A stretch of DNA of 64,000 bases, from assembly GCA_002633005.1 (NCBI GenBank), contig NMRA01000600.1, positions 1 through 64,000 on the forward strand. Reading direction: 5' to 3'. The notes beneath the pieces are model-generated. The model ran no database searches and was not told the DNA's origin. It saw only the letters and a list, made by a program, of their open reading frames with translations. A program made the position numbers and the translations under genes. The stretch comes from Phoronis australis. Lineage: Eukaryota > Animalia > Phoronida. Numbering within the stretch: the stretch's first letter is position 1; each line of letters begins with the position of its first letter. Positions 27,145 through 38,255 of the stretch are shown piece after piece.

Positions 27145-29433
27145 TTGAGTAAAATCGCGACACTATTTGATCCGTTGGGATTCATAGGGCCGTTTGTAGT
27201 GCGAGCAAAAATGCTGATGCAGGAGTTGTGGACTGTTGGTGTTGGATGGGACGAACCATTGGATAAATCATTAGAGAATAAAATGCGTATGTGGTTCGAA
27301 GAGTTTGAAATGTTGGCTAATATCGCAGTTCCACGGTGCCTGGGTCGCGGTGGTGTCATGGAATCTATTAGTCTACACGTGTTTGTGGATGCCTCTCAAG
27401 ACGCATATGGTACCGTGATTTACCAACGCTGCCAACATGAAGATAAAAGCGTATCTTGTGTCATCGTTGGATCGAAAAATCGTGTTGCGCCGTTGACTAC
27501 TGTCAGCATTCCCAGAATGGAATTAATGGCTGCAGTTCTCGGACTGAAGTTTTGTTTATCGGTTACGAGAGCCCTAGAGATTGACATCACCAATTGCACA
27601 TTCTGGTCGGATAGTATGAATGTGTTGTGGTGGATTCGCAGCCAAAATAAAATCCTAAAACCGTTCGTCGCGAATCGTGTCGGCATTATCCAAGAGCATA
27701 CGTCACCCAGTCAATGGTGGTATGTTCCGACTCGTGACAATCCTGCTGATTATATTACTCGAGGTAAAACAGCTCAGGAGCTAGCTGACTGTGAGACATG
27801 GTGGCATGCACCATGTTTTCTGTCACAAGATGAATCGTGTTGGCCAAACCAGAAATTCGAGAAAAGTGGAGAGATTGATTACGGAGAAGTTAAGAAAAAC
27901 TTCAGAGGCAACACATATTTATCAATCGATTACAGTAAAGTGCCGGATGATTGGAGATTACTCCCTGATCGATTCTCCGATTGGAGAAGACTTATTCGGG
28001 TACAAGCATGGGTGATTCGCTTCGTAGAAAATTGTCGCGTTACGAAAGAAAATCACAAAAGCGACGAATTAACCGCAGATGAATTATCGGATTCTGAGAA
28101 GCACATAATTCGTGCCGCGTAGGCCAAGGAGTTCGCGAAAGAAAATCGGGATTTGACGAAGAATTTGAACGTATCTGCAAATAGTGTAATCGTTCATTTG
28201 AGACCTATATTTGACGACGATGGTATTCTCCGTAGTGGTGGTCGATTAGAAAACGCGGACTACCTATCATACGACACCAAATTTCCAGTGATTCTCCCAA
28301 AACGTAACTGGGTGACGCAGCTCATCATTAAACACCATCATGAGCTAGGTAAACACGTGGCAGGAACAAACCACACCCTTGCGTTACTATCGCAAAAATA
28401 TTGGATATTGTCCGGTCGAGAAGAAATAAAGCGCTGGGAGTCAAACTGTAACCGATGTAAGAGATCGAAAGCTGTTCCAGGAAGACAGCTGATGGGACCA
28501 TTACCCGCTATTCGAGTCAAACAACCGTTACGCGCCTTTGCCAGGACAGCTGTCGATTTTGCTGGGCCATTCATGACTGTCCAGGGTCGCGGAAAGCGTC
28601 GGGAGAAGCGATACTTGTGTTTATTTACGTGTCTAACATGTCGGGCTGTTCACCTCGAGATGGCCAGTGGTCTAGACACGGATTCGTTTTTGAATTGTTT
28701 TTATCGTTTCGCAAATCGTCGTGGATTGCCGGTCGAGATGTTGAGTGACAATGGTACGAATTTTGTGGGAGCGGTAAGAGAATTACGAGAACTGGTTGGA
28801 TTGTTGGACAGAGACAAAGTTCAAAAATCCGTCGCTAACAAGGGTGTTGTTTGGCATTTCAACCCCCCGGGAGCACCTCATTTCGGTGGTGTTTTCGAAA
28901 TCATGATCAAAGCCGCGAAACGTGCTATTTATGGAATATTGGGAAACGCGGATGTGAACGACGAAGAACTGAATTCGGCATTTATCGGTGCAGAGGCTTT
29001 GATTAATTCCAGACCACTGACTTATCAGTCCGCAGATCCGCGCGATGTTGTGCCGTTGACACCAAATCATTTTCTGCACGGTCAATGTGGCGGAGAATTC
29101 GCGCCACAGTCAGTCGATGAGGTGCGTTTCAATCCTCGCAGACGGTGGAGACGCGTACAGGAAGTTGTGAGACATTTTTGGAATCGGTGGTTACGAGAGT
29201 GGATTCCAGGACTTAACGCGCGAAAGAAGTGGTGTCATGTGGTGCGGGATTTTCGAGTCAATGATATTGTTTTGGTTATGCAATCAGACGTTACCCGCGG
29301 GCATTGGCCATTAGGTCGCATAGTTGAAGTAGTGCCAGGCGTTGATGGATTAGTGCGTGTTGTTAAAGTGCGCGTAAACGGAAATGTTGTCACTCGGCCG
29401 GTGACAAAATTATGCCCATTGGAGTTAGCTTAG
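27145..29433 (+). pseudogene. BEL/Pao RNase H + integrase with one in-frame TAG (28120-28122)
   Basis: FDPLG, LHVFVDASQDAYG, SIPRMELMAA, WSDS, NPAD, CNRC, VDFAGP, AVHLE, SDNGTNF, PLTPNHFL and HWPLGRI. Both ORFs are in the same frame. Confidence 0.93.
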
Positions 29434-29968
29434 ACAATGGGAATTATATTGGGCAATATGTTTATGGATAATGGGACGATGTATTTATGGAGAACTGTTA
29501 TGGTGTGTAGTTATATTCGAACTTTAGTATAAAATCTTCAGTAATTGATTATTGTGTGTAGTTATACATTGTATTCGAACTTTAGTATAGATTTCTCAGT
29601 TGGTTGATAAGTCACAACTTACCAAGGAGGGGGAGATGTTCACGAGTGTTTTAACGTTTTGCAGATGTTCCACTGTTTATAAATGTTTTTACTACTGCGC
29701 ATGCTCATATGTCACGTGAGAGTTAGTCGAAATATAGAGTCGATATCGTTAAAGTAAAAGAAGGGCGTTGTTATTATTTTGTTATCGTGTTTCATCGTAA
29801 ATCGTTTTTAAAAATAAGAATTTAGTTGTGCACCATCGGCACACTGGTAGATAATTTATCTGCATGTTGTCCTATCAGACAAAAGACTACTGTATGCTCG
29901 GCAGTTACAAAGGAGATACATGTTATCACACGCTCACAACCGCTGTACTGAACGGGAGAACGTCTTAA

Positions 29969-31650
29969 AGGAGCATGCCACCCAAAAAACAACCTAATTT
30001 GTATCAATTTAGATCGGGTAGTTCTACTCCATAACAACACGTGAGCTTGCGATACCGGACACCTGACGGCAGACGGAGGTGTTGAAATTATCCAATTACG
30101 TCATCGGTTTCACAGGCATTCTGTTCAGCAGTTCACAACACGGGTTACTGGTGTCAGCTTATCGCTTGGAATCATCGTTTAGCACCAATAAATCATCAAA
30201 CTTCGATGTAAAACCCTTAAAAATACACCGAGTTCTTACAAAAACGCGTTGTTTCATTTCGCTCTTACGGATTTATTGGTATTTGGACACACCGTAGCCT
30301 ACAAAAATAGGCAGGCCAATAACTGTCCGTAGCAGGAGTTTGCGGTGTGTTCGGAGATAGTTTCGAAGTATTTTCAGTGAGATACAGACAGGAGAACCTA
30401 AATCTGCGTTGTTTAGACTTGTGATTTTCTGAGTTCTAAACACAAAAAGCTTGTTATCCTGGCCAGTGGCTCGGAGCTCGATCAGGCCCGTCGCGGCGCC
30501 GGCCGGATTCAGGTTGACTCGTTATCCCTGCCAGTGGCTCGGAAACTGATCAGACATCACGAACAAACCAGCCAAAGTTCAGTGGAAACTAAACTTCTTG
30601 TCAAGAAAATACTATACTAGTGAGCCAAAGTAATGTGCACGTGATTATGTTGGCCAATTAGCCACGAAACTGCAAATCTACTTACTCGTCGAGCGGGGGC
30701 CGCGAATTCAGTTCCGCTTTGGCCACAGCACCGTCAGGGCAGAGGTTGTACGTTGACAATCATTATTTGAGTAACGTAAATGTAAATAAAGATTCCCCTA
30801 ACACCTGGTCGTGGGGTGGAAATCGAGTTGTTTCACAATAGTTTCTGCCAGCAAACACTAAAATAGCATGAGCTCACATGGCCTTGAGGTGTCCCGTCAA
30901 TTAGTTTTATTGCACCTAAAGCCGGTAACGCAGTGATTTATTTATTGCTGGCTTCTCAAATCATTTCGTGCACTTACGAACACTCCAAAGGCATTATAAA
31001 TTGCATCTAATGAGACAGACTTTGTTTCAGTTTTATATAAGTATTGGTTAGGGTGAGAATAATTCATTTTGAAACAGAACGCTCAAAAATAAACGCCAAC
31101 GGAGTGGCAACTCGCAATCCCGACTTAGGGCAAGCTAGAGCGCCGGGTGGATCGTTAAGTTTTACAGGCTATCAATTCAAACAGGAATACAGTGATGAAG
31201 AAATACTAGAGAGGCACCGTGAACAAGGTCAGAAAACGGAACGTATGGAGTTATTTGGTAAGCCGGCATTCGTGAGGCACTGTCGACGTCGTCTGCAGGC
31301 CACAGACACGGAGATGTTTTACGGCCTCATACTTGCTATTTACAGCGTACATTTCATTTTTCACTACCATGAGCCACTTCCTAAGCATTTCGGACTCTCG
31401 AGGAAGTAAAAAACACGATATACTCGCTTTCTTCGCGGCTGCTTAGTTCGGACAAGCGGGAACGATATACCGCAACATAGCAGCATTCACTCTGCTTATG
31501 AACCGTTGACGTCGCTAGCGTCGTTTCTCACCTTCCTCACAGGTTAACGCGACACCTCTTGGCAAGGTAAGGTCGACCGTATGCGAGGCGATGTGGAAAT
31601 AGACCGATTAAGACGGCAAAAAAACTAATTAAATCGGGTGGCATTCGCCT
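29969..31650 (-). mobile_element. Second copy of the Kolobok-type element, inverted
   Basis: TTAA TSD at 29965-68 and 31651-54; both ends match 24440-25658. THAP remnant LPRESEMLRKWL..VKNE...HLRVC on the minus strand. Confidence 0.82.
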
Positions 31651-31782
31651 TTAATGAACTTTAAAAACTTGTCATTTTTATATGACCCCAATGAGGTCAT
31701 TTTCGCAGTAGTTCACATTAAATTTAGACCCCATTTAAAGTGACCCGGTTCATACTTTACTTTTACATAGTTTCCTGGGGTC

Positions 31783-31976
31783 CAGTGGCAGTTCGGGGGT
31801 GAATGCAAAATGCATAGGCCTTGCACAAACCCCGTTTACCGTTTTTCTTAGTAATAAGGTCCACAAACCCAGAAATTCGAGACCCCTGCATCCCTAAATT
31901 TTAGGGTGGACGAGCGAAATTGTGGTTATTTCTGTGACCTGACCCCCCCTAACTGAAAATCCTGGATCCGCCCCTG
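31783..31976 (-). mobile_element. MITE with CAG...CTG ends (GGGGCGGATCCAG family), 5-bp TSD
   Basis: TSD GGGTC at 31778-82 and 31977-81; a related copy lies at 63371-63537. Confidence 0.65.
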
Positions 31977-32105
31977 GGGTCATTGTTCAACACTCAATGA
32001 AAAGGTTTATTGGGCATACGTCCCGAGTAAGCAGCACATCTCCTGGATTGCATCTTGCGATAAGAATTTAATGATCAGTGGTTTCTCTTGAAAATACAAT
32101 AAAAA

Positions 32106-32452
32106 ATAAAACGCTCGCAGTGGATTGAAGGCGTGAAGCCGCTCAGGCCGCTTAAGAATCTGCCACTGGTTGCGATCTCCTAATAGTTAGATATTTTCCC
32201 TATCGACTGCTTAACACTTAAAAAACGCGTGTAAGTACTACATCACATGTTTTTGTTTGTTTCTTGAAAATATCCGATAAAACGCTCGCAGTGGATTGAA
32301 GGCGTGAAGCCGCTCAGGCTGCTCAAGAATCTGCCACTGGTTGCGATCTCCCAATAGTTAGATATTTTCCCTATCGACTGCTTAACACTTAAAAAACGCG
32401 TGAACCATGTAAGTGCTACATCACATGTTTTTGTTTGTTTCTTGAAAATATC
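32106..32452. repeat. Tandem direct duplication, ~171 bp x2
   Basis: ATAAAACGCTCGCAGTGG...CTTGAAAATATC occurs twice, with a few substitutions and a 7-bp indel. Confidence 0.9.
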
Positions 32453-33188
32453 ACACTCTTCGGCATATTTATTTGTTAGACATGACGCTGTGAAATTGAC
32501 AATTTACCCTGTTTGATTACACAGCAATTAGCCGTGTCAAGTGACTAGTAGTACTCTCCAATATGGCGTCAAGTTGTCAGCTGCAGTAGCGCGTGCGCCA
32601 GGTCTATAGTATAAGATGTCTATGATATTGACAGTAAAAATAGCGGTAGTTTCAGATTCTGGGGCAAAAGTACATGTAACGCTTCCTTAACGGTGAGCGT
32701 TGACGATTTTCTTGCCACTGATGATGAAAAAGTTAATGTTATTTTTATCGCTATCGCGTTCAAAGTTATGAAAATATATTGTCGATATCGAGTTCTTTAA
32801 GTTAACACTTACACAAAAGCATTGGAGGAGTGGATTGTTGATTTTTCTTCAAAAGTCGACATGTAGTATGAAATATACAGCAGCAGAGAGTTCTTTGGCG
32901 TCGGTCACCCCAGCAAGACAGATTTCGTAGTTAAACGATCAAAACCATAAACGTAGTTTTTCATTTACATGTACATGTAAGTCAATCATAAATCTCTCGT
33001 GTCAAAACTACTCAAAATGGTATTAACCCATCGTTACATACAGAGATATATCGGAAGCCCAGTTGTTTCGTATCTTATTAGCTTACTTGCAAGATAAGAG
33101 GGGAGTATTCATAGTTATAGAAATGATCGCATACACAATTAAACCCTTTACTGGTGAAGCCTTCTCCACCATGGTAGTGTTATAGTTC

Positions 33189-35593
33189 AATAGTCTAAAG
33201 TTATACTCACGACTAAAATAACTGAAATTAGTGAAAATATTTCTACAGCGACCTGCCGTCTTGGACACTTCTCACCAACTGGTGTCTCTGTCTTTGAGTA
33301 CTTTGATGTAGGCGAGAAGTAGGTGATGACGTCCACCAGCCCTGACCTGAGCAAGGAAATCCGTGTTGATTCCCCTACACATCCAGCGAGTCTATTTGAG
33401 TTCATATCTAGGAATCGTATTTCCAACAAGAGAATGTACCCAACTGGGACGCCAGTGTTCGGTCAAGCGACTCTTAAGCGAGTGTTTTGATTCATCGGCT
33501 ATAGCAGACGCCCAACGCAAAATTCTTCCAATGAAGATGCTACAAACACCTGACGTGTCAGTGAGGTCGATTTGGTCTGCCGATGACACTAATCACTGCC
33601 TTACAGTATGAAGTGGTTGAAAAAATATTCTAACTTGGGCGTTTTCAAACACACGACGAACGAAATGCCTCAGATGTCCCACGGATGTATGATTTAACAA
33701 CAGAATTAAGACTTTCCGATTTTTGCCAGGTGCATTGACCAAAATACATTCCTGTAGTCGAAGTTGCCAATCTTGGTATCCGCATTTGGACCGATTTTCG
33801 GATGTGGCTGCATTCATCGAGTTCCTCCTCCAGTTTAAAGTTTACTTCTCTAGATCTGTCGAACTGAGTTCTGAAGACACTCACTTTTTGATGCAGCCGA
33901 TGATTCGAGTCCTTTTTTATAATGTTCATTACGAAATCTTCGATACAATGAATATACATAACCCGGAAAGTGCCAAGAGGCATTATATCTGGGTTAAAAA
34001 GTACAAAGAAATCTATATACAATTATTTTACACAAATATATAAAAAAGAAATCTGTATACCATTATTTTACAAAAATACATAAAAAGAAATCTGTATACC
34101 ATTATTTTACAAAAATACAAAACTGTTGTTAGATTACAATGACATATGATTACAAAAGTAAATAAATTATTTTCATACACATTTATACAATTCTATCCAT
34201 TCAAACAATTTAATATCATGAAGATATTTTGATACTATTTTGAATAAATCTTATTTTTATTTGGGTTGAGTTCTTGACTTCCATATAGAAAAAAAATAAT
34301 TTTGTTGTACACTTGCGGAATTTCAGAATATATTTTATAAATATTGGGGTATTGTTCGAGTGTCTGGAAAAGCTGTCCCCTCTGCCCCTTGCGTACCTCA
34401 CAAGCAAAGAAAACACGAGCATTTGTCTGTGCGTCTCCACAGCAACACAGAGGCAAAATATTATTAAAATATAATAAACCGCATCTTGACCTGTAAAGGG
34501 TTTCTTCGTGGTTGCTAGGAAGTTGGAACAATGTCAATGGGACTGGCAACTCTTGAGTAGTAGTATGCATTTAAAGTTATTTTTAGAGTGACGATTGCAG
34601 TGCTTTCTTTTATTTTTGATTACTTTGCCGCAGTCCTGGTCTCATGTTAGGTCTTTTGTAGTAGTCAAAGAGGATTTTGTTTGAGGTGTTGTTTATGGTG
34701 GTTAAGACTTTGAATGTATACATGGACAAGTGGAGTTTACGACGGGTTGCTAGTTTGCTCCAGTTGAGACTGTTTAGAACCTTGATTGTGTTGGATCCTT
34801 TGTATGCTCCTGTTATGGCTAAAGCTGCGAGTCCTCTGCCAAATTGTTCCGTGCGGCGTCGGGCTTTCTGTACCAGGGTGAACAGCGAGCCGTTGGCGTC
34901 TCGGTGAATCCTAGAGAACAGGATAGGTAAAGTGCCGTTGTCGGTCCTCTCGATCATGAGTAAATTTAATTTCAAGATGTAACCTAAGTTATTGGAGTAT
35001 TCATAAAACTCATTCGTTTGGGATTTTCTGATAACAACAAATGTTTCGTGTACGCGTTGACATCTATCAGAGAGACAAGATATCCCGTAGCTGCACCAGA
35101 TTTCTGTTTGTAAAGATCTCCATCCCACTTAAAATACGCGATTATTAGGCAGAATATTACAATGCAAGAGGTCCTTGATATCTGTGGTGAGTTTTATCCT
35201 CACCGGGAAGGTTTCGTCGTTAAGGTTGGCGTCAATCACCTCAACCGCTCCCTCTACCAGGATATTAGTGAAGAGGGCCGCTTCGATCGTCATCATGTTC
35301 GTGAAGACCGGAAATCGTTTCCACAAAATGTCCTGTAGTACAGATGTTATGATACGTGCTGCCTGTCAACAGGCTTATAATATGTGCAAGCAAATTGGTT
35401 CACCAGTGGTGTTAGCATACCAATACAGATATCAATAGAGACGCAAGGTGAACGTCCAGCTGACCCATGGTCTACCTACAGTGAACAGAGTGAACTCGTC
35501 CAGGGAGAGAAGTGAGCAGGACGGCAGGTCGCCGTAGAAATATTTCCATCAATTCCAGTTATTTTAGCCGTGAGTGTAATTTGATACTATTAT
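33189..35593 (-). mobile_element. Degraded Penelope-like element (RT + GIY-YIG) with inverted terminal repeats
   Basis: RT remnants ALFTNILVEGAVEVI, GTLPIL..IHRD.NGSL and SNHRLHQK.SV.RT.FDR; linker RRVF....VRIFFQPL.TVRQ; GIY-YIG ESKHSLKSRLTEH.RPS. ~85-bp inverted repeats at 33189-33275 and 35503-35593. Confidence 0.8.
33914..34827 (-). mobile_element. 5'-truncated CR1/L2-group LINE inserted in the Penelope RT
   Basis: AALAITGAYKGS...LNSLNWSKLATRRK, a short A tail and 8-bp TSD CGAGTCCT at 33906-13 and 34828-35. The 3' UTR holds a ~39-bp x3 tandem repeat at 34005-34120. Confidence 0.8.
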
Positions 35594-36853
35594 TAACATC
35601 CTTATCAATAGTTAACACTCTACAGATGCAAATTTTAGCGAGAAGCGCGTCGTTGGCGTTCTTTGGGGGAAGTACTTACTGGTGGTTCCATTTTTTGTGA
35701 CCACAGTGGCGCCTTCAGTTACTATAATAAACAGGTTACTGGTGTTAAACATATTTTGCTGCAGATGGTGAAATAGCTACTGTACGTTTGAAGGTAATTC
35801 CTCGTCGAATTTTAACCGTTCAAATCGATAGGCCCATACACTGTAGCTAGGACGAGGTAGCAGAGGATTACACTAATAAGTTTACCTCACACTGCGACAA
35901 TACAATAACAATCGAGACGATTAAATTCATAGAAAGATACAATCTTTAGTTGATCCTGTCACTAAATATCATTTCACAATATTGGAATATTTTTTCATGG
36001 AAAAAATTATATAAACGAGGTGTAAAAAGTATTCGATATTTCACAAATCGACTAATGTCTCTGCTGTGGCGAAGTCAATATTCTGAAAATAATTCGTCGG
36101 ATTCGAGAATTTTAAAACAAAGGGTTTACATGTAGGAAGAGGCATTAGAAGATCAAAGTACTGATTTTTGTTGGCAACTAGACATTAAATATGAAATTTT
36201 CAGCAAAATAATTGTCTTTGGCTTTAGTTATGCCAAGAAACGTATCTCGCATTTTACGTACATCTTAAATGGCTCGTGCTCAAGCTATTCAAAATGGATT
36301 TAATCACCATTAAATATTGCTGTCTGTCGGGAGCCTGGCTAGTCTGTATATCATTGGAAAAATGTTGCGTCGACCTTACGGATGTACCAGTTGCTGGCTA
36401 TCCACCAATTCACATGTGAAAATTTTAACAAAAACGTCTTTGGAGATACACGAATTCAATACTTGCATGTAACGGTGGTTGCAGTTTCTGTGACGACAGT
36501 GGTAGGATCAAACAAGATGTTATAAATACTTGGTATTTCCAGAAACCGACCAATGTCTCTAGTGTAGCAAGGTCAAACTTATGAATATTACTCACCGAAT
36601 TCGAGTACTTTAAATTAAGAGGCCTTTAAATCAACAAGCCTTTGAATCAAGAGGGCTTTAAATTAAACGGCCTTTACGTAGGATGGCGCATTAGAGGATT
36701 ATACTGTCGATTAAACGCTGCAACTCGACATACAATACAAAATCCAGGGGAACAAGGATGTCTTTGGCGTACGTAACCCCATGAAGACAAATGTACACGA
36801 ACAAAACTATGAGCGTACATGTACAATACGTTGTCGTTGACATAACTCTCTTA

Positions 36854-37270
36854 AGGCCCAGTCATACAGCCGATTACGCATGAATCACTCATGAATCACG
36901 CACAGATTTTCGCTTATGCGTGAAGCTTGCGTCGTATGCGTAATTGGCCGGTGGAACCAACGTGGAGCATCAGTGAATGTAAGTGGATGTACGTCGAGGG
37001 GGGTTTGTGCGCGATTTTGAGTTTTGAACGGTTCAAAAATTTTCCAACGCACAACTCTGCGTTGGTGTGCGTAATTCGTGAGTTGACGTGCGTAGTTTAT
37101 GCGTCGAGTATGCGTGATTATGCGCTGGACACGTGTTTGCCATCAGTGCTTATGCGTCAGAACTGGTTCGAAATCACGCACGTCCACGTCCGTCCACTGA
37201 CGCCCCACCTTCATATCACGCATGAAATACGCATATATGACGTTCATTCCACTGACATCCACTGACAATC
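36854..37270 (+). mobile_element. Truncated allelic copy of the Harbinger MITE, ending shortly before single N (37310)
   Basis: Near-identical to 37598-38015 and shares the flank TGTCGTTGACATAACTCTCTTA. Confidence 0.8.
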
Positions 37271-37310
37271 ACTTACAAAAGTGTTTGAACGTGATCCGTC
37301 AGTGATTCAN

Positions 37311-37577
37311 CCTACTCCCAGCTCTCCTAATGTTGTCTATCCATTTTTCACGAAGTTCTTGGTTTGCAGAGAACACATAAAAACTCAGATTTTTATCTCT
37401 CTTGTTTTTGAAGCAGCCAGGAACACAACAAGTGTATCCGCCGTAAGTTTTCTTCGCGCTCATACCGCGTATTATGCTTGATACTATGGCCGCTTTCGGA
37501 ATCCTGACCACAGCACCCACAATGCAACATTTTAACCTAATTTCAATATGGCGTCGCTGCAAATCCGCTATACGGTG
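37311..37577 (-). mobile_element. 5' end of a THAP-domain DNA transposon (P-like?)
   Basis: MSAKKTYGGYTCCVPGCFKNKRDKNLSFYVF.....LREKWIDNIRR is a THAP N terminus. The terminus begins CACCGTATAG on the minus strand and is cut by the N. Confidence 0.7.
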
Positions 37578-37597
37578 TCGTTGACATAACTCTCTTA

Positions 37598-38255
37598 AGG
37601 CCCAGTCATACAGCCGATTACGCATGAATCACTCATGAATCACGCACAGATTTTCGCTTATGCGTGAAGCTTGCGTCGTGTGCGTAATTGGTCGATGGAA
37701 CCAACGTGGAGCATCAGTGAATGTAAGTGGATGTGCGTCGAGGGGGGTTTGTGCGCGATTTTGAGTTTTGAACGGTTCAAAAATTTTCCAACGCCCAACT
37801 CTGCGTCGGTGTGCGTAATTCGTGAGTTGACGTGCGTACATGTAGTTTATGCGTCGAGTATGCGTGATTATGTGCTGGACACGCGTTTGCCATCAGTTCT
37901 TATGCGTCAGAACTGGTTCGAAATCACGCACGTCCACGTCCGTCCACAGACGCCCCACCTTCATATCACGCATGAAATACGCATATATAACGTTCATTCC
38001 ACTGACATCCACTGACAAACATATCATTTTGGCTTGTATGCGTCGATATGCGCGATACATGTATGTCAGTGATTCATCAGTGATTGTAAGTGATATGTGC
38101 GTGGGCCATAGGTGATTCGTCAGTTATTTGTCAGTGATTTCTAACCTCTACACCAGGGAAATTTGGTCAATTTCTCGACGATCAAAACGCGCACAAATTG
38201 AATTTGGGCGTGTTGTATGAGTGATTCATGCGTGATCGGCTGTATGACTGGGCCT
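37598..38255. mobile_element. PIF/Harbinger-type MITE
   Basis: ~40-bp TIRs AGGCCCAGTCATACAGCCGAT.ACGCATGAATCACTCAT and 3-bp TSD TTA on both sides. Confidence 0.85.

Larger units (their letters stand above)
25965..29843 (+). mobile_element. BEL/Pao LTR retrotransposon, recent insertion
   Basis: Identical 207-bp LTRs (25965-26171, 29637-29843, TG...CA), 5-bp TSD CTGGT, PBS TGGTAGCAGAG at 26177 (matches the tRNA-iMet 3' end) and PPT AAGGAGGGGGAGA. Confidence 0.97.

Noticed and set aside
26525-27359. Long ORFs spanning the N gap
   Set aside because: Artefacts of translating N.
23870-31995. AAAATGACCCC/GGGTCTAAATTTAAT motifs inverted at 23.9 and 31.7 kb as an outer element
   Set aside because: The similarity is short and I could not define termini or a TSD.
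36608-36676. 15-bp tandem CCTTTAAATCAAGAG-like repeats
   Set aside because: Short local slippage with no further structure.
36927-38115. 112-114 aa paralogous ORFs
   Set aside because: Chance ORFs in a non-coding MITE present as two haplotype copies.
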